Part shown: positions 43,293 to 54,742 of the stretch, piece after piece | Numbering within the stretch: position 1 is the stretch's first letter | How the letters are laid out: every line of letters starts with the position of its first letter | Source of the DNA: a bacterium | GTDB taxonomy: Bacteria; Zhuqueibacterota; Zhuqueibacteria; Residuimicrobiales; Krinioviventaceae | Direction: 5' to 3' | DNA length: 64,000 bases | Assembly (NCBI GenBank): GCA_963693055.1 | Contig: OY843751.1 | Coordinates: 1,792,001 to 1,856,000, forward strand | Notes under the pieces: generated by a model | What the model was told of the DNA's origin: nothing | Database searches by the model: none | The model's input: only the letters and a program-made list of their open reading frames with translations | Position numbers and translations under genes: made by a program

Positions 43293-43348
43293 TTTTTTAA
43301 TATTACCTGGAATATTGTTTGGGAATATTAATTAAAGTCCTTATGTTT

Positions 43349-43459
43349 AAGGTGAAAGTAATAAGCAACATATGGAGGTCGTTTCGTAGCCTCCCTCCTG
43401 CAACGACCTCTGTTGAATGGCAAGCTTGAAAGAGCTTGCCATTCTTACTTTTCCACCTT
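43349..43459 (+). ncRNA. Candidate small RNA: CCUCCCUC-loop hairpin plus GAAA-tetraloop terminator-like hairpin
   Basis: GAGGUCGUU/AACGACCUC stem with loop CCUCCCUC; 13-bp GAAUGGCAAGCUU-GAAA-GAGCUUGCCAUUC; possible closing stem AAGGUG..AAAGUAA / UUACUUU..CACCUU. Confidence 0.55.
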
Positions 43460-43493
43460 TTCCCACTGAAGAAATCTTGATATTGGAGTTATT

Positions 43494-44114
43494 GTGATAA
43501 TAGAGAATGTTTCCGTTGGCCCTTTGGATGTGAACTGTTATATTGTGGGCTGTGAATCAACACGACAGGCTGCAATTATTGATCCTGGTGAAGATGAAGA
43601 AAAGATACTTGAGCGTTTAAAAGCTCTTAATTTGAATGCAACACATATTGTACTTACCCATGGTCACGTAGATCACATAGGAGCTGTACCTGAAATTCAA
43701 CAAGCCACAAATGCTTTAATTCTTATGGGACAGAATGATCGTTTGTTGGTTGAAAATGCTGTTTTGCAGGCAGAGATGTTTAGTCTAAGGGTGCCAGGTT
43801 TGTTTAATGTAGATCAATATCTTGCGGATAATGATGAAATTGTTGTGGGATCATTTTCATTCAAAGTTATTACAACTCCGGGGCATTCGCCTGGAGGAAT
43901 TTGTTTGCTATATGAAAGGCATCTGTGGGCAGGAGATACACTGTTTTTTAATTCAGTTGGCAGAACCGATCTTCCGGGGGGATCAATGGAAGAACTTTAT
44001 AGTTCTATAAAAAATAAATTGTATTTACTGCACCCTGAGACCATTGTTTATCCGGGCCATGGAGATTATACGACAATTGGTCATGAAATGAAACACAATC
44101 CTTATATCTCTTGA
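43494..44114 (+). CDS. Metallo-beta-lactamase-fold hydrolase (glyoxalase II-like)
   Basis: LTHGHVDHIG, TPGHSPGG, AGDTLF, GRTDLPGG, YPGHG. Confidence 0.93.
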   Translation: MIIENVSVGPLDVNCYIVGCESTRQAAIIDPGEDEEKILERLKALNLNATHIVLTHGHVDHIGAVPEIQQATNALILMGQNDRLLVENAVLQAEMFSLRVPGLFNVDQYLADNDEIVVGSFSFKVITTPGHSPGGICLLYERHLWAGDTLFFNSVGRTDLPGGSMEELYSSIKNKLYLLHPETIVYPGHGDYTTIGHEMKHNPYIS

Positions 44115-44135
44115 AATAGTTGAGGGAAAATTTCC

Positions 44136-44164
44136 TTGCAAATGAGGGGATAATTGGTTATACT
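44136..44164 (+). promoter_or_regulatory. Putative sigma70-type promoter for the oxidoreductase operon
   Basis: TTGCAA-17 nt-TATACT. Confidence 0.55.
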
Positions 44165-44206
44165 GGTTGGTAAAAATTTTTGGTCTCACCAAACGTGAGG
44201 TGTGGT

Positions 44207-44455
44207 ATGGCAGAAGGCCTAAAGGAACCAATTGTCGTTATTCGTGAAGACGAATGTAAGGGGTGCGGGCTATGCATAAGTATTTGCCCGGAAAATGTAC
44301 TAATTGAGCAACACAAGTTAAACCGAATGGGATATCACCCGGCCGGTTACACAGGGGAAGGCTGTATAGGATGCGGCTTTTGTTTTTACCAATGCCCGGA
44401 ACCGGGTGCAATAACAGTCTACAAAAAAGGTTATGTGGAAGAGGAGGTTAGCTGA
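44207..44455 (+). CDS. 2[4Fe-4S] ferredoxin-like delta subunit of 2-oxoacid:ferredoxin oxidoreductase
   Basis: [12 protein letters not shown] and [12 protein letters not shown]; ATG 44207 with SD GAGGTG. Confidence 0.92.
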   Translation: MAEGLKEPIVVIREDECKGCGLCISICPENVLIEQHKLNRMGYHPAGYTGEGCIGCGFCFYQCPEPGAITVYKKGYVEEEVS

Positions 44456-45495
44456 TGGCAAAACAACTCATCAAGGGAAATGAAGCCATTGTAAAAGGAG
44501 CCATATTGGCAGGTTGCCGATATTACTTTGGTTATCCAATTACCCCAGCCTCCGAAATTGCAGAAGCAGCCGCGTACTATTTGCCTCTCGTCGGAGGCAC
44601 TTTTTTGCAGGCAGAGAGTGAAGTCGCTTCTATTAACATGCTGTATGGTGCAGCTTCTGGTGGTATACGGGCAATGACCGCATCATCTAGTCCCGGTATC
44701 AGCTTGAAAATGGAAGGTCTGTCTTATTCGGCCGGTGCGGAATTACCAATGGTTATTATTGATGTGATGCGCGGCGGTCCGGGATTGGGCAATATTGCTC
44801 CGGCACAAGCTGATTATAACCAAATCATTAAAGGTGGCGGGCATGGTGGTTACAAGGTTATAGCACTTGCACCCAATTGTGCCCAGGAAATGAGTGATTT
44901 AACAATTCTGGCATTTGATCTTGCAGACAAGTACAGAATTCCTGCTGTAATTATGGCAGATGGATTTATTGGGCAGATGATGGAACCTGTCGAGTTCCCT
45001 GAACCTGTCAAAGAGATCCCTGCAAAAGATTGGGCAATACTTGCCAACAAAGATGATGAGCACAAGCTCATAAGCTCTATTGACCTTGAAGCAGAGGCCC
45101 TTGAAGAGCACAATATTCATCTCAACAAAAAGTACCAGGATATCCAGGAAACAGAAGTTCGTTATGAAGATTACAAGGTTGATGATGCTGAACTTGTATT
45201 AATTGGATATGGTGTGGTTTCTCGAGTGCTTCAAACTGTAGTAGATGAATTAAGAAATAAAAATGTAAAAATTGGAATGATGCGGCCAATCTCATTGTGG
45301 CCTTTTCCGGAAAAACATATCACAGAATTGGCAGAACAGGGAAAGAAATTCCTTGTTGTAGAACTGTCAAACGGACAGATGGTTGATGATGTTAGACTTG
45401 CAGTTAACGGACGTCAACCCGTTCATTTTTACAATCGTATGGGAGGTATTGTACCCTCTCCGGAAGAGATCATTGAATTTGTTGAGAAACTATGA
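44455..45495 (+). CDS. 2-oxoacid:ferredoxin oxidoreductase alpha subunit (VorB-like)
   Basis: [37 protein letters not shown]. Confidence 0.93.
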   Translation: MAKQLIKGNEAIVKGAILAGCRYYFGYPITPASEIAEAAAYYLPLVGGTFLQAESEVASINMLYGAASGGIRAMTASSSPGISLKMEGLSYSAGAELPMVIIDVMRGGPGLGNIAPAQADYNQIIKGGGHGGYKVIALAPNCAQEMSDLTILAFDLADKYRIPAVIMADGFIGQMMEPVEFPEPVKEIPAKDWAILANKDDEHKLISSIDLEAEALEEHNIHLNKKYQDIQETEVRYEDYKVDDAELVLIGYGVVSRVLQTVVDELRNKNVKIGMMRPISLWPFPEKHITELAEQGKKFLVVELSNGQMVDDVRLAVNGRQPVHFYNRMGGIVPSPEEIIEFVEKL

Positions 45496-45504
45496 GGCAG
45501 GAAA

Positions 45505-46926
45505 ATGGCCAAAGTATTAAGAAAATCTGACAGTTTTTATGAACTTTATACACACAAAAGTGGTAATCAGGATGTAACTCATTATTGTCCCGGTTGTGGA
45601 CATGGTGTGTTGCATAAATTGATTGCAGAAGCGATTGACGATTTTGAAATTCGTGATCGTACAATTTTAATCAGCCCTGTTGGTTGTAGTGTGTTTGCAT
45701 ATTACTACTTTCGGGTTGGTAATATTCAGGCTGCACATGGACGCGCTCCGGCAGTTGCTACCGGTATTAAACGTGTGCATCCCAACAGTGTTGTTATCAG
45801 CTATCAAGGTGATGGTGACCTTGCAGCGATTGGTGGTAATAATATTCTACAGGCTGCAAACCGTGGCGAGAATATTACTGTATTCTTTGTTAATAACGCA
45901 ATATATGGAATGACCGGTGGACAGATGGCGCCAACAACTCTTATCGGTCAGAAAACAACAACTACTCCTTATGGACGAAATAGTGATAATGAAGGATTTC
46001 CGATTAAGGTTAGCGAGTTGATTAATTCTCTCGAGGCTCCCGTTTATATTGAACGTGTAGCATTGACAGATGCAAAGAATACATCCAAAGTTAGAAGAGC
46101 AGTACGAAAAGCACTGAAGAATCAAATTGAAAATAAGGGATTCTCTCTTGTTGAAGTATTGTCCGCTTGCCCGTCAGGCTGGAAGATGACCCCCAATCAA
46201 GCCAAAGAGTGGATAGAGGATCAGATGGTTAAGAATTTTCCTCTGGGTGTATTTCGAGACAAGAGTGAAGAAATTGAAAAAACTGATATCATTAAATCCG
46301 CATATTCCATAGATAAAATTCAGGAAAAACTCAACATTCCAACAGACGAGAAAAAGATTGATACAAGTGTGTCTGTAAAAAAAGAGTTTGTGAATCCCGG
46401 AATTAAAATGGCAGGATTTGGAGGACAAGGGATTTTGATGCTGGGTGTGGGACTAGCGCAAGCGGCAATGCAGGCAGGACACCAGGTATCATGGATACCT
46501 TCTTATGGTCCCGAGATGCGAGGGGGAACAGCAAACTGTCAGGTGAAATTTTCAGAATCCCGAATTGGATCTCCACTTGTGTCCAAGCCCACTGTACTGG
46601 TAACTATGAATTTGCCTTCTTTGGACAAGTTTGAAGATAGTGTGGTTTCAAACGGTTTGATTATTTATGATTCGTCGTTGATCAATCGGGCACCTGTTCG
46701 TTCTGATGTTCAGGTATTGGGAATACCTGCAACACAAATCGCTGATGAATTGGGGAATACTCGAATAGCGAATATGGTTATTTTAGGTGCTTTGATCCAG
46801 TATACCGGATTATTATCAAAAGATACGGTTTTTAATGCATTACCTCATGTCATCAAGCGGAAAAACCTCATTCCTCTTAATGAAAAAGCAATTGAAGCTG
46901 GCATCAAGTATGTAATTGAAAAATAG
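45505..46926 (+). CDS. 2-oxoacid:ferredoxin oxidoreductase, fused beta (TPP-binding) and gamma subunits
   Basis: YCPGCGHG, HGRAPA, GDGDLAAIG, YGMTGGQ in the N-part; AGFGGQG, PSYGPEMRGGTANC in the C-part. Confidence 0.93.
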   Translation: MAKVLRKSDSFYELYTHKSGNQDVTHYCPGCGHGVLHKLIAEAIDDFEIRDRTILISPVGCSVFAYYYFRVGNIQAAHGRAPAVATGIKRVHPNSVVISYQGDGDLAAIGGNNILQAANRGENITVFFVNNAIYGMTGGQMAPTTLIGQKTTTTPYGRNSDNEGFPIKVSELINSLEAPVYIERVALTDAKNTSKVRRAVRKALKNQIENKGFSLVEVLSACPSGWKMTPNQAKEWIEDQMVKNFPLGVFRDKSEEIEKTDIIKSAYSIDKIQEKLNIPTDEKKIDTSVSVKKEFVNPGIKMAGFGGQGILMLGVGLAQAAMQAGHQVSWIPSYGPEMRGGTANCQVKFSESRIGSPLVSKPTVLVTMNLPSLDKFEDSVVSNGLIIYDSSLINRAPVRSDVQVLGIPATQIADELGNTRIANMVILGALIQYTGLLSKDTVFNALPHVIKRKNLIPLNEKAIEAGIKYVIEK

Positions 46927-46972
46927 CAATTTGCTTTTTTGATTTTTTTTGTTAAATTATTAAAAATCTGTT

Positions 46973-47004
46973 AAAATCCCCGTTTTGTATTAAAACGGGG
47001 TTTT
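46973..47004 (+). terminator. Intrinsic, possibly bidirectional, terminator after the oxidoreductase operon
   Basis: AAAATCCCCGTTTT-GTATT-AAAACGGGGTTTT. Confidence 0.75.
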
Positions 47005-47016
47005 ATATATATTTAA

Positions 47017-47167
47017 CAAGTTTGGGGTATGTTGGCATACCTGAATTGTAGAGATTTCCATCTCCTATGATTGGTAGACTTCGCTGTTTAAAAAGATATT
47101 ATCGTTACATTTAATAACGACAAAGTATCTTACCTGTAAGGTTGTAGCGAGTTGCCAAGCATGGTCA
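47017..47167 (+). promoter_or_regulatory. Structured 5' leader of the RNase E/G gene (candidate)
   Basis: Hairpins GGTATG/CATACC and GAGAT/ATCTC plus a multibranch domain TTGGTAG/TTGCCAA, TCGCTG/TAGCGA, AAGATAT/GTATCTT, TCGTTA/TAACGA. Confidence 0.55.
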
Positions 47168-47190
47168 GTAAATTATGAAATTGAGGTTGT

Positions 47191-48729
47191 ATGAAAAAAA
47201 CAATAGTTATTAATGTTTCCATTGGAGAAACACGTATTGGTATTCTTGAGGGGAAAGATCTGGTAGAACTCTATTTTGAACTACCAGAGAATGAACGAAT
47301 GGTGGGGGATATTTATTTCGGACGTGTTGGTAAAATAGTTAATGGAATTCAAGCTGCATTTGTTAATATTGGGCACAAAAAAGATGCTTTTCTTCATTTT
47401 TCTGATATTAATAAAAACGTGCTTGAATTAACAGGTGTAAAACAGGAACCTGTTGCCAATCAGCCCAGAAGAAGGGGGCCACGACAGCGGAATCCGCACG
47501 GAAACCAGACATTAAAAAAGGGTCAAGATATTCTGGTACAGATTACCAAAGAGCCACTTTCAAACAAGGGTGCCAGAATTACAACAAATTTAACTTTGCC
47601 AGGTAGATTTCTGGTATTGTTACCCGGTGAAAAATCTATCGGTGTATCACGTAAAATTCAAAATCGACGTGAACGTTACAGATTGAAAAAATTGGGCCAG
47701 GCAATAAAGCCCAAAGACTTTGGTTTGGTAATAAGAACCGTATCAGAAAACAAGGATGAAAATCTGTTAAAAGCAGATTTAGACTCTTTGGTTAAAGACT
47801 GGGCAAAAATCCAGAAAAAGCTCAACAAAAACCATCCACCTTGTATCGTTCATAAAGATATGGGAATGCTTTCAAGTGTGATTCGAGATCTGTTTACAAC
47901 CGATATTGAAAAGCTGGTTGTTGACAATAATAAAATGCACAAGCAGATTGTAAAATATCTCAACGAGGTTGCCCCTCAACTTGCAGAGCGTGTAGAGTTG
48001 TTCAAAAACAAAGAACCCATCTTTGATCATTTTGATATAGAAAATCAGTTATCAAGAAGTTTGGCCCGCAAGATCTATATGAAAAGAGGCGGCTATATCT
48101 TTATTGAGCATACTGAAGCATTAACAGCTATTGATATTAATAGCGGCAGCTTTAGTGGAAAAGCAGATCATGATACCAATAGCTTGAAAATAAATCTGGA
48201 TGCTGGTAAAGAAATTGCCAGACAATTACGGTTGCGGGATATTGGTGGAATTATCATCATCGATTTTATCGACATGATAGATCCTAAAAATAAAAAGAAA
48301 CTGTACGACGAATTCTGTCGCGAAGTGAAAAAAGACAGGGCCCAGGTTTCTATCGCTCCAATTTCTGAATTCGGCCTGATAGAGATGACACGTGAACGTG
48401 TTCGTCCTACACTGCTGTATTCAATAAGCGAACCTTGTCCTGCATGTAGTGGAACAGGCAGAGTAATATCCAAGACAACCATTGTTGCCCGTATTGAAAG
48501 ATGGTTAAAACGTTACCGTACAGAAGGCGGTGACAGATCGCTGCAATTGTTTGTTCACCCTGAATTGGCCAAATTTTTATCTTCAGGATATCGCAGCCGT
48601 ATCCGCAGAATTGCTTGGAAATACTGGACCCGCGTCAAGGTACACCAGGATGAAAATATAAGCCTTGAGGAATTCAGGTTTGTTGACAAAACCGGTGAAA
48701 ACGATATAACAAGTAAATTTATGCCTTGA
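47191..48729 (+). CDS. Ribonuclease E/G family protein (Rne/Rng)
   Basis: S1 domain (GDIYFGRV..QAAFVNIG), TEALTAIDINSG, RQLRLRDIGGIIIIDFIDM, CPAC Zn-link; 512 aa, RNase G-sized. Confidence 0.95.
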   Translation: MKKTIVINVSIGETRIGILEGKDLVELYFELPENERMVGDIYFGRVGKIVNGIQAAFVNIGHKKDAFLHFSDINKNVLELTGVKQEPVANQPRRRGPRQRNPHGNQTLKKGQDILVQITKEPLSNKGARITTNLTLPGRFLVLLPGEKSIGVSRKIQNRRERYRLKKLGQAIKPKDFGLVIRTVSENKDENLLKADLDSLVKDWAKIQKKLNKNHPPCIVHKDMGMLSSVIRDLFTTDIEKLVVDNNKMHKQIVKYLNEVAPQLAERVELFKNKEPIFDHFDIENQLSRSLARKIYMKRGGYIFIEHTEALTAIDINSGSFSGKADHDTNSLKINLDAGKEIARQLRLRDIGGIIIIDFIDMIDPKNKKKLYDEFCREVKKDRAQVSIAPISEFGLIEMTRERVRPTLLYSISEPCPACSGTGRVISKTTIVARIERWLKRYRTEGGDRSLQLFVHPELAKFLSSGYRSRIRRIAWKYWTRVKVHQDENISLEEFRFVDKTGENDITSKFMP

Positions 48730-48754
48730 CATTTATAATTTAATTCTTTAAATT
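48726..48754 (+). promoter_or_regulatory. Putative sigma70-type promoter for rplU-rpmA
   Basis: TTGACA-17 nt-TAAATT. Confidence 0.65.
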
Positions 48755-48796
48755 TATTAGCTTTGTTGAAAAATAATAATTAATGGAGATATCTGA

Positions 48797-49108
48797 ATGT
48801 ATGCCATAGTACAGGTTGGCGGCCAGCAGTTTAAAGTAGCCAAAGATAAAAAAATTGTCACCAATCGTTTGTCTGGAAATATTGGTGATTCTGTGGACAT
48901 TGAAAATGTATTGTTACTTTCAGGTGATGATGGTGTTAAAGTAGGTGCACCTTATATTGAAGGTGCTAAAGTACAGGCTACCATTCTTGAACACGATAAA
49001 GGTAAAAAAGTAATTGTATTTAAAAAGAAACGCCGCAAAAATTACCGTGTTTTGAAAGGTCATCGCCAGGCGTTAACAACTATACAGATTAATGAAATTA
49101 CTGCTTAA
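48797..49108 (+). CDS. rplU: 50S ribosomal protein L21
   Basis: MYAIVQVGGQQFKV, KVIVFKKKRRK, GHRQ. Confidence 0.99.
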   Translation: MYAIVQVGGQQFKVAKDKKIVTNRLSGNIGDSVDIENVLLLSGDDGVKVGAPYIEGAKVQATILEHDKGKKVIVFKKKRRKNYRVLKGHRQALTTIQINEITA

Positions 49109-49134
49109 TTGTTTAGAACTAAAGGGAGATTGTA

Positions 49135-49386
49135 ATGGCTCATAAGAAAGGAATGGGAAGCTCCAAGAACGGTCGGGATAGTAACCCGCAAATGCTTGGT
49201 GTGAAAAGATTCGATGGTCAGGTAGTGACCGCAGGAAGTATTCTTGTGCGCCAACGTGGAACAAAATTTCATCCCGGTGCTAATGTAGGTATAGGTAGTG
49301 ACGATACCTTGTTTGCAAAAGTAGATGGTAAAGTGAAATTTGAAACACGCGGCAAGGATAAAAAATATATCAGTGTATTTTCCTGA
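49135..49386 (+). CDS. rpmA: 50S ribosomal protein L27
   Basis: [29 protein letters not shown]. Confidence 0.99.
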   Translation: MAHKKGMGSSKNGRDSNPQMLGVKRFDGQVVTAGSILVRQRGTKFHPGANVGIGSDDTLFAKVDGKVKFETRGKDKKYISVFS

Positions 49387-49416
49387 TTCTGTAACATACA
49401 TCAATTTTATTTTTTG

Positions 49417-49450
49417 AAACGCAACTATATTATTTAGTTGCGTTTTTTTT
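49417..49450 (+). terminator. Intrinsic terminator after rpmA
   Basis: AAACGCAACTA-TATTATT-TAGTTGCGTTTTTTTT. Confidence 0.88.
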
Positions 49451-49525
49451 ATTTATAGCAATAACTTTTTATATAAAATGAAAACGCGTGTCTACAAAAA
49501 TTATGCCATGTGAAAGAAAATTGAC

Positions 49526-49554
49526 TTGACTCTGACTGTGCTATATTATATATT
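49526..49554 (+). promoter_or_regulatory. Putative sigma70-type promoter for the gatC-kds-lpt cluster
   Basis: TTGACT-17 nt-TATATT. Confidence 0.6.
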
Positions 49555-49583
49555 TATTTCGTTTAAGAACATAGGAGATATTT

Positions 49584-49871
49584 ATGTCAGTTACATTACA
49601 GGAAGTAGAAAATATTGCCCGTCTTGCCAAACTCTCTTTTTCTGAAGAGGAAAAAGAAAAATTCACAGTTCAGTTTAACCAGATTCTGGGATATATAGAA
49701 AAATTGAACGAGTTGGATACTGATAACGTTGAACCAACAGATCATGTACTTGATTTATACAATGTATTCCGTGAGGATGAGGTTAAAACCTGGCTTACTC
49801 AGGAAGAAGCCTTGGCAAATGCACCAAACGCAAAACATGGTTTTTTCAGTGTGCCCAAGGTGATAGGGTAA
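49584..49871 (+). CDS. gatC: Asp/Glu-tRNA amidotransferase subunit C
   Basis: IARLAKL, LNELDT..VEPT, FRED, ALANAP, FSVPKV. Confidence 0.96.
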   Translation: MSVTLQEVENIARLAKLSFSEEEKEKFTVQFNQILGYIEKLNELDTDNVEPTDHVLDLYNVFREDEVKTWLTQEEALANAPNAKHGFFSVPKVIG

Positions 49872-49874
49872 TTC

Positions 49875-53108
<3,234 letters not shown>

Positions 53109-53111
53109 AGA

Positions 53112-53975
53112 ATGAAATATATTATTTTTTACATATTATATATTTTTTTATCAGTTAATCTGATATTTGCTCAAACTATAGAACCGGTTGTTTTGGCTGT
53201 TTCAGATTTTAAAAACAGTACCGGGATTTATAGTATGGGTACCTTTGAAAAAAGCTTGCCCGAAATGCTCAAGACCGAATTGTCGCAATCTCCTGAAATA
53301 ACAATTGTTGAGCGCTCCAAACTTGAGGCCGTTTTTAACGAACTTGCATTGGTTCAGGCGGGAGTGATCAATTCTGATCAGGCACGCCAGGTTGGAGAAT
53401 TGGTAGATGCAAAGTTTGTTTTAACCGGTGAGATCAGTAAAGTGGGTGATCGGTTTAGAATTGATACCCAGATTATTGATGTTGTTACCGGTAGAGTGTT
53501 TGGAGAAAAGGTGACTGGTCCTGATGCGGCGTCTATGGAAACCATGGTCAGGGTTTTAGCCCGTAATATTGTCTATAACCTCACCGGCAGTGGAAATGTG
53601 CAAACTGTTCAGTATGTAAATCAATATTATGCCCCCTGGGTACTTGCTGCAGGAACTGGTGCAGCAATTATTACCGGAATAATGCATTCACAATATAATG
53701 ATCATTGGAACAAGTACAAATCTGCTACCTTGTTGAGTGATTTTGATAAACATTATGATAAAGCAAACAGTGCTTACAAAACACGTAATATTATGTTAGG
53801 TGTAACTGCTGGCTTGTTGACAACCGGTGCTGTTTTGTGGTTTAAAAGTAAAAGTAACGGTAATAAAGTTATGGCACTATATTCTTTTGGAGATGAAACC
53901 CAAATCTCTATACAGCCGTATTACTGCCATCAAAGTAAGGCATTTGGAATTCAGTTGATGGTGTTATCGTTATGA
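53112..53975 (+). CDS. Exported CsgG/HfaB (TolB-N-like) domain protein with a C-terminal hydrophobic hairpin
   Basis: Signal peptide ending IFA-Q; LAVSDFKN, IVERSKLE..F.E, AKFVLTG, IIDVVTG pattern; two hydrophobic segments in the C-terminal third. Confidence 0.7.
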   Translation: MKYIIFYILYIFLSVNLIFAQTIEPVVLAVSDFKNSTGIYSMGTFEKSLPEMLKTELSQSPEITIVERSKLEAVFNELALVQAGVINSDQARQVGELVDAKFVLTGEISKVGDRFRIDTQIIDVVTGRVFGEKVTGPDAASMETMVRVLARNIVYNLTGSGNVQTVQYVNQYYAPWVLAAGTGAAIITGIMHSQYNDHWNKYKSATLLSDFDKHYDKANSAYKTRNIMLGVTAGLLTTGAVLWFKSKSNGNKVMALYSFGDETQISIQPYYCHQSKAFGIQLMVLSL

Positions 53976-54742
53976 GCAAATATGGTTACATTTTTTTGTG
54001 CAGTTTATTTTTTATAACTGTTGCATGTAGCGATCTCGATAGAACGAATCCTCTTGATCCCAGGAACCCCAACAGCAAAAGAGCTGAAACGGTTTTGATT
54101 GAATCTTTTGTGAATCAATCGGGTGGAGATGTTATAGCCAGCTCCATTGAAGCATTTGAAAGACTGTTAACAGAATATGGCAAAGAGTCGTTTATTTATC
54201 TGGAACACCATGTTGAAAAGACAAGCGGAACTGATCCATGGGCGCTTGATGCCAGTTTGAGCAGGTATTTGCTACTGGTGCCACAAACCGATGAACAGGC
54301 AATACCGGATGTGATGTTTAATGGGAGTAAGGCAAGAGTGCAAGGTGCATCGGATGCCGAAGCGGCTTATCAGCGTTACAAAGTTACGTTGGAAGCGGAA
54401 TTGGCTCGCGAGACGACTTTTACGATTGAGCAACAGGTTGCCATATCCGCTAATCAGATAAATGTCTCTGCTGATATTGCAAAATTGGGCAATACCAATT
54501 CATCAGATATTGTAGCCATTGTGGCTATTATTGAAATTCTGGACAATGGTATCCGGCAGATTGTACGCACATGGGAGTCTGTGAAATCTATTGGGACTTT
54601 GGTGCATGGCGAGATTGTCTCTGTTGATCGTAGTATAGATATTCAAAATGGTTGGAATACGAATCATTTAAAATGTGTAGTACTGGTTCAGGATGCTCAA
54701 AACTTGCAGGTTTTTCAATGTAACAGTGTTGAATTGAAATGA
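53972..54742 (+). CDS. Lipoprotein with an Omp28-related thioredoxin-like plus Ig-like domain
   Basis: TVA-C lipobox, RTNPLDP, VLIESF, YLEHH, IPDVMFNG, WNTNHLKCVVLVQD. Confidence 0.55.
   Translation: MSKYGYIFLCSLFFITVACSDLDRTNPLDPRNPNSKRAETVLIESFVNQSGGDVIASSIEAFERLLTEYGKESFIYLEHHVEKTSGTDPWALDASLSRYLLLVPQTDEQAIPDVMFNGSKARVQGASDAEAAYQRYKVTLEAELARETTFTIEQQVAISANQINVSADIAKLGNTNSSDIVAIVAIIEILDNGIRQIVRTWESVKSIGTLVHGEIVSVDRSIDIQNGWNTNHLKCVVLVQDAQNLQVFQCNSVELK

Noticed and set aside
11459-47190. Structured spacers (11459-11640, 43349-43459, 47017-47167) as tRNA, SRP RNA, RNase P RNA, tmRNA or 6S RNA
   Set aside because: I found no cloverleaf with a T-loop, no SRP domain-IV motif and no GAGGAAAGUCC. 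6S cannot be strictly excluded without a covariance-model search.
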